From assembly GCA_903857255.1 (NCBI GenBank), contig CAIODY010000013.1:5406-69405 (forward strand): a stretch of 64,000 bases of DNA. Direction: 5' to 3'. Source of the DNA: an uncultured bacterium. GTDB lineage: Bacteria; Bacteroidota; Bacteroidia; Chitinophagales; CAIODY01. Shown here piece by piece: positions 63,247-64,000 of the stretch. The notes below the pieces were generated by a model, which was given only the letters and a program-made list of their open reading frames with translations, did no database searches and was not told where the DNA came from. Position 1 is the first letter of the stretch. Each line of letters begins with the position of its first letter. The position numbers were made by a program, and so were the translations under genes.

Positions 63247-63837
63247 ATGAATCGTTCAACAATCACATTAATAGTAGTAGGCGTAATTGTTCTTATCCTC
63301 GGCTTCACTGGCTGCGGTGGTTACAATGGCATGGTGAGCAAAGACCAAGATGTAAAAAGTGCTTGGGCAAAAGTGCAAAGTTCTTATCAGCTTAGGATGG
63401 ATAAAATTCCTAATTTGGTTGAAACAGTAAAAGGGTATGCTAATTTTGAAAAAAGCACGTTAACAGCAGTCATCGAAGCTCGTGCAAGTGCTACGAAATT
63501 GACAGTAAATACTGATGATTTATCACCTGAAAAAATCAAACAATTTCAAGCGTCTCAAGGTCAGTTGAGTCAAGCATTGGGCAGATTGATGATGGTTTCA
63601 GAGCAATATCCTGATTTGAAAGCCAACGACCAATTCATAATTTTACAAGGCGAAATAAGTGGTACTGAAAATAGAATTAAAAAGGCACGTGACGATTTTA
63701 ATGATGCTGTGAATATTTATAACACTGCCATCAAAACTTTTCCAGCAGCCATGTTCAGCGGCATGTTTGGTTTTAAAGAAAAAGGATATTTCGAAGCAGA
63801 AGCTGCTGCAGAAAAAGCACCAACTGTAAAATTTTAA
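63247..63837 (+). CDS. lemA: LemA family protein
   Basis: YQLRMDKIPNLVETVKGYA, EQYPDLKAN, GTENRI. Confidence 0.95.
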   Translation: MNRSTITLIVVGVIVLILGFTGCGGYNGMVSKDQDVKSAWAKVQSSYQLRMDKIPNLVETVKGYANFEKSTLTAVIEARASATKLTVNTDDLSPEKIKQFQASQGQLSQALGRLMMVSEQYPDLKANDQFIILQGEISGTENRIKKARDDFNDAVNIYNTAIKTFPAAMFSGMFGFKEKGYFEAEAAAEKAPTVKF

Positions 63838-63860
63838 AAAAAATATTGGTTTAGAAAACT

Positions 63861-63899
63861 AAAAAACTCCTGAAGTAATCAATACTTCAGGAGTTTTTT
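63861..63899. terminator. Bidirectional rho-independent terminator
   Basis: AAAAAACTCCTGAAGTA/TACTTCAGGAGTTTTTT. Confidence 0.9.
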
Positions 63900-63917
63900 G
63901 TTTTAATGAAATAGATT

Positions 63918-64000
63918 TTATTCTGCCACTTTTTCTGGCGCACGATTCACTCTGTTTGTTTTTACAAAATTGCACCACTGACATTTTTCTTCGTTGCAAC
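63918..64000 (-). CDS. 3' end of a gene running off the window; probably a UvrD/AddA-like helicase with a Cys-cluster C-terminus
   Basis: ...CNEEKCQWCNFVKTNRVNRAPEKVAE*; the C-x4-C-x-WCNFVK end is recalled from Bacteroidota UvrD-PD-(D/E)XK proteins. Confidence 0.5.
   Translation of the reverse strand, partial: CNEEKCQWCNFVKTNRVNRAPEKVAE

Noticed and set aside
1-64000. tRNA/rRNA genes, prophage, integrase
   Set aside because: No cloverleaf, rRNA-like tract, phage structural gene or recombinase recognised by eye; tRNAscan and Infernal were not run

Overview
AT-rich, gene-dense chromosomal window from a Bacteroidota bacterium, probably Chitinophagales/Sphingobacteriia-like. The assignment rests on TAnnTTTG promoters, T9SS cargo with type A and type B C-terminal domains, a PorE-like lipoprotein and a long NusB. 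Most of the window is housekeeping: fbp, HMG-CoA lyase, dnaK divergent from tlpA-grpE-dnaJ, hflX, purD, nusB, yraN, LD-carboxypeptidase and lemA. It also holds four very large secreted proteins (one BNR-propeller/LamG protein and three Cys-rich PKD type-B-CTD proteins), an RCC1-repeat protein and surface-glycosylation genes. I found no rRNA, tRNA, CRISPR-cas, integrase or transposase. Two loci stand out. (1) An icmF gene (B12 domain-MeaI GTPase-isobutyryl-CoA mutase fusion) is cleanly cut in its linker into two intact, same-frame ORFs by a 1680-bp promoterless cassette. The cassette encodes an ABC/AAA ATPase and a TOPRIM-like partner (PARIS/OLD-like defence architecture) and has degenerate direct repeats at its borders. 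(2) A non-coding 6 x 41-bp tandem array of palindromic units, whose left and right arms vary independently, lies directly upstream of an uncharacterised 318-aa gene. Smaller observations include a gene apparently inserted with duplication of the dnaK terminator, sigma54-like boxes at the chaperone genes, a shared ECF-like promoter on the three type-B cargo genes, several REP/MITE-like elements and three pseudogene remnants. All product calls come from motif recognition by eye; no searches were run.
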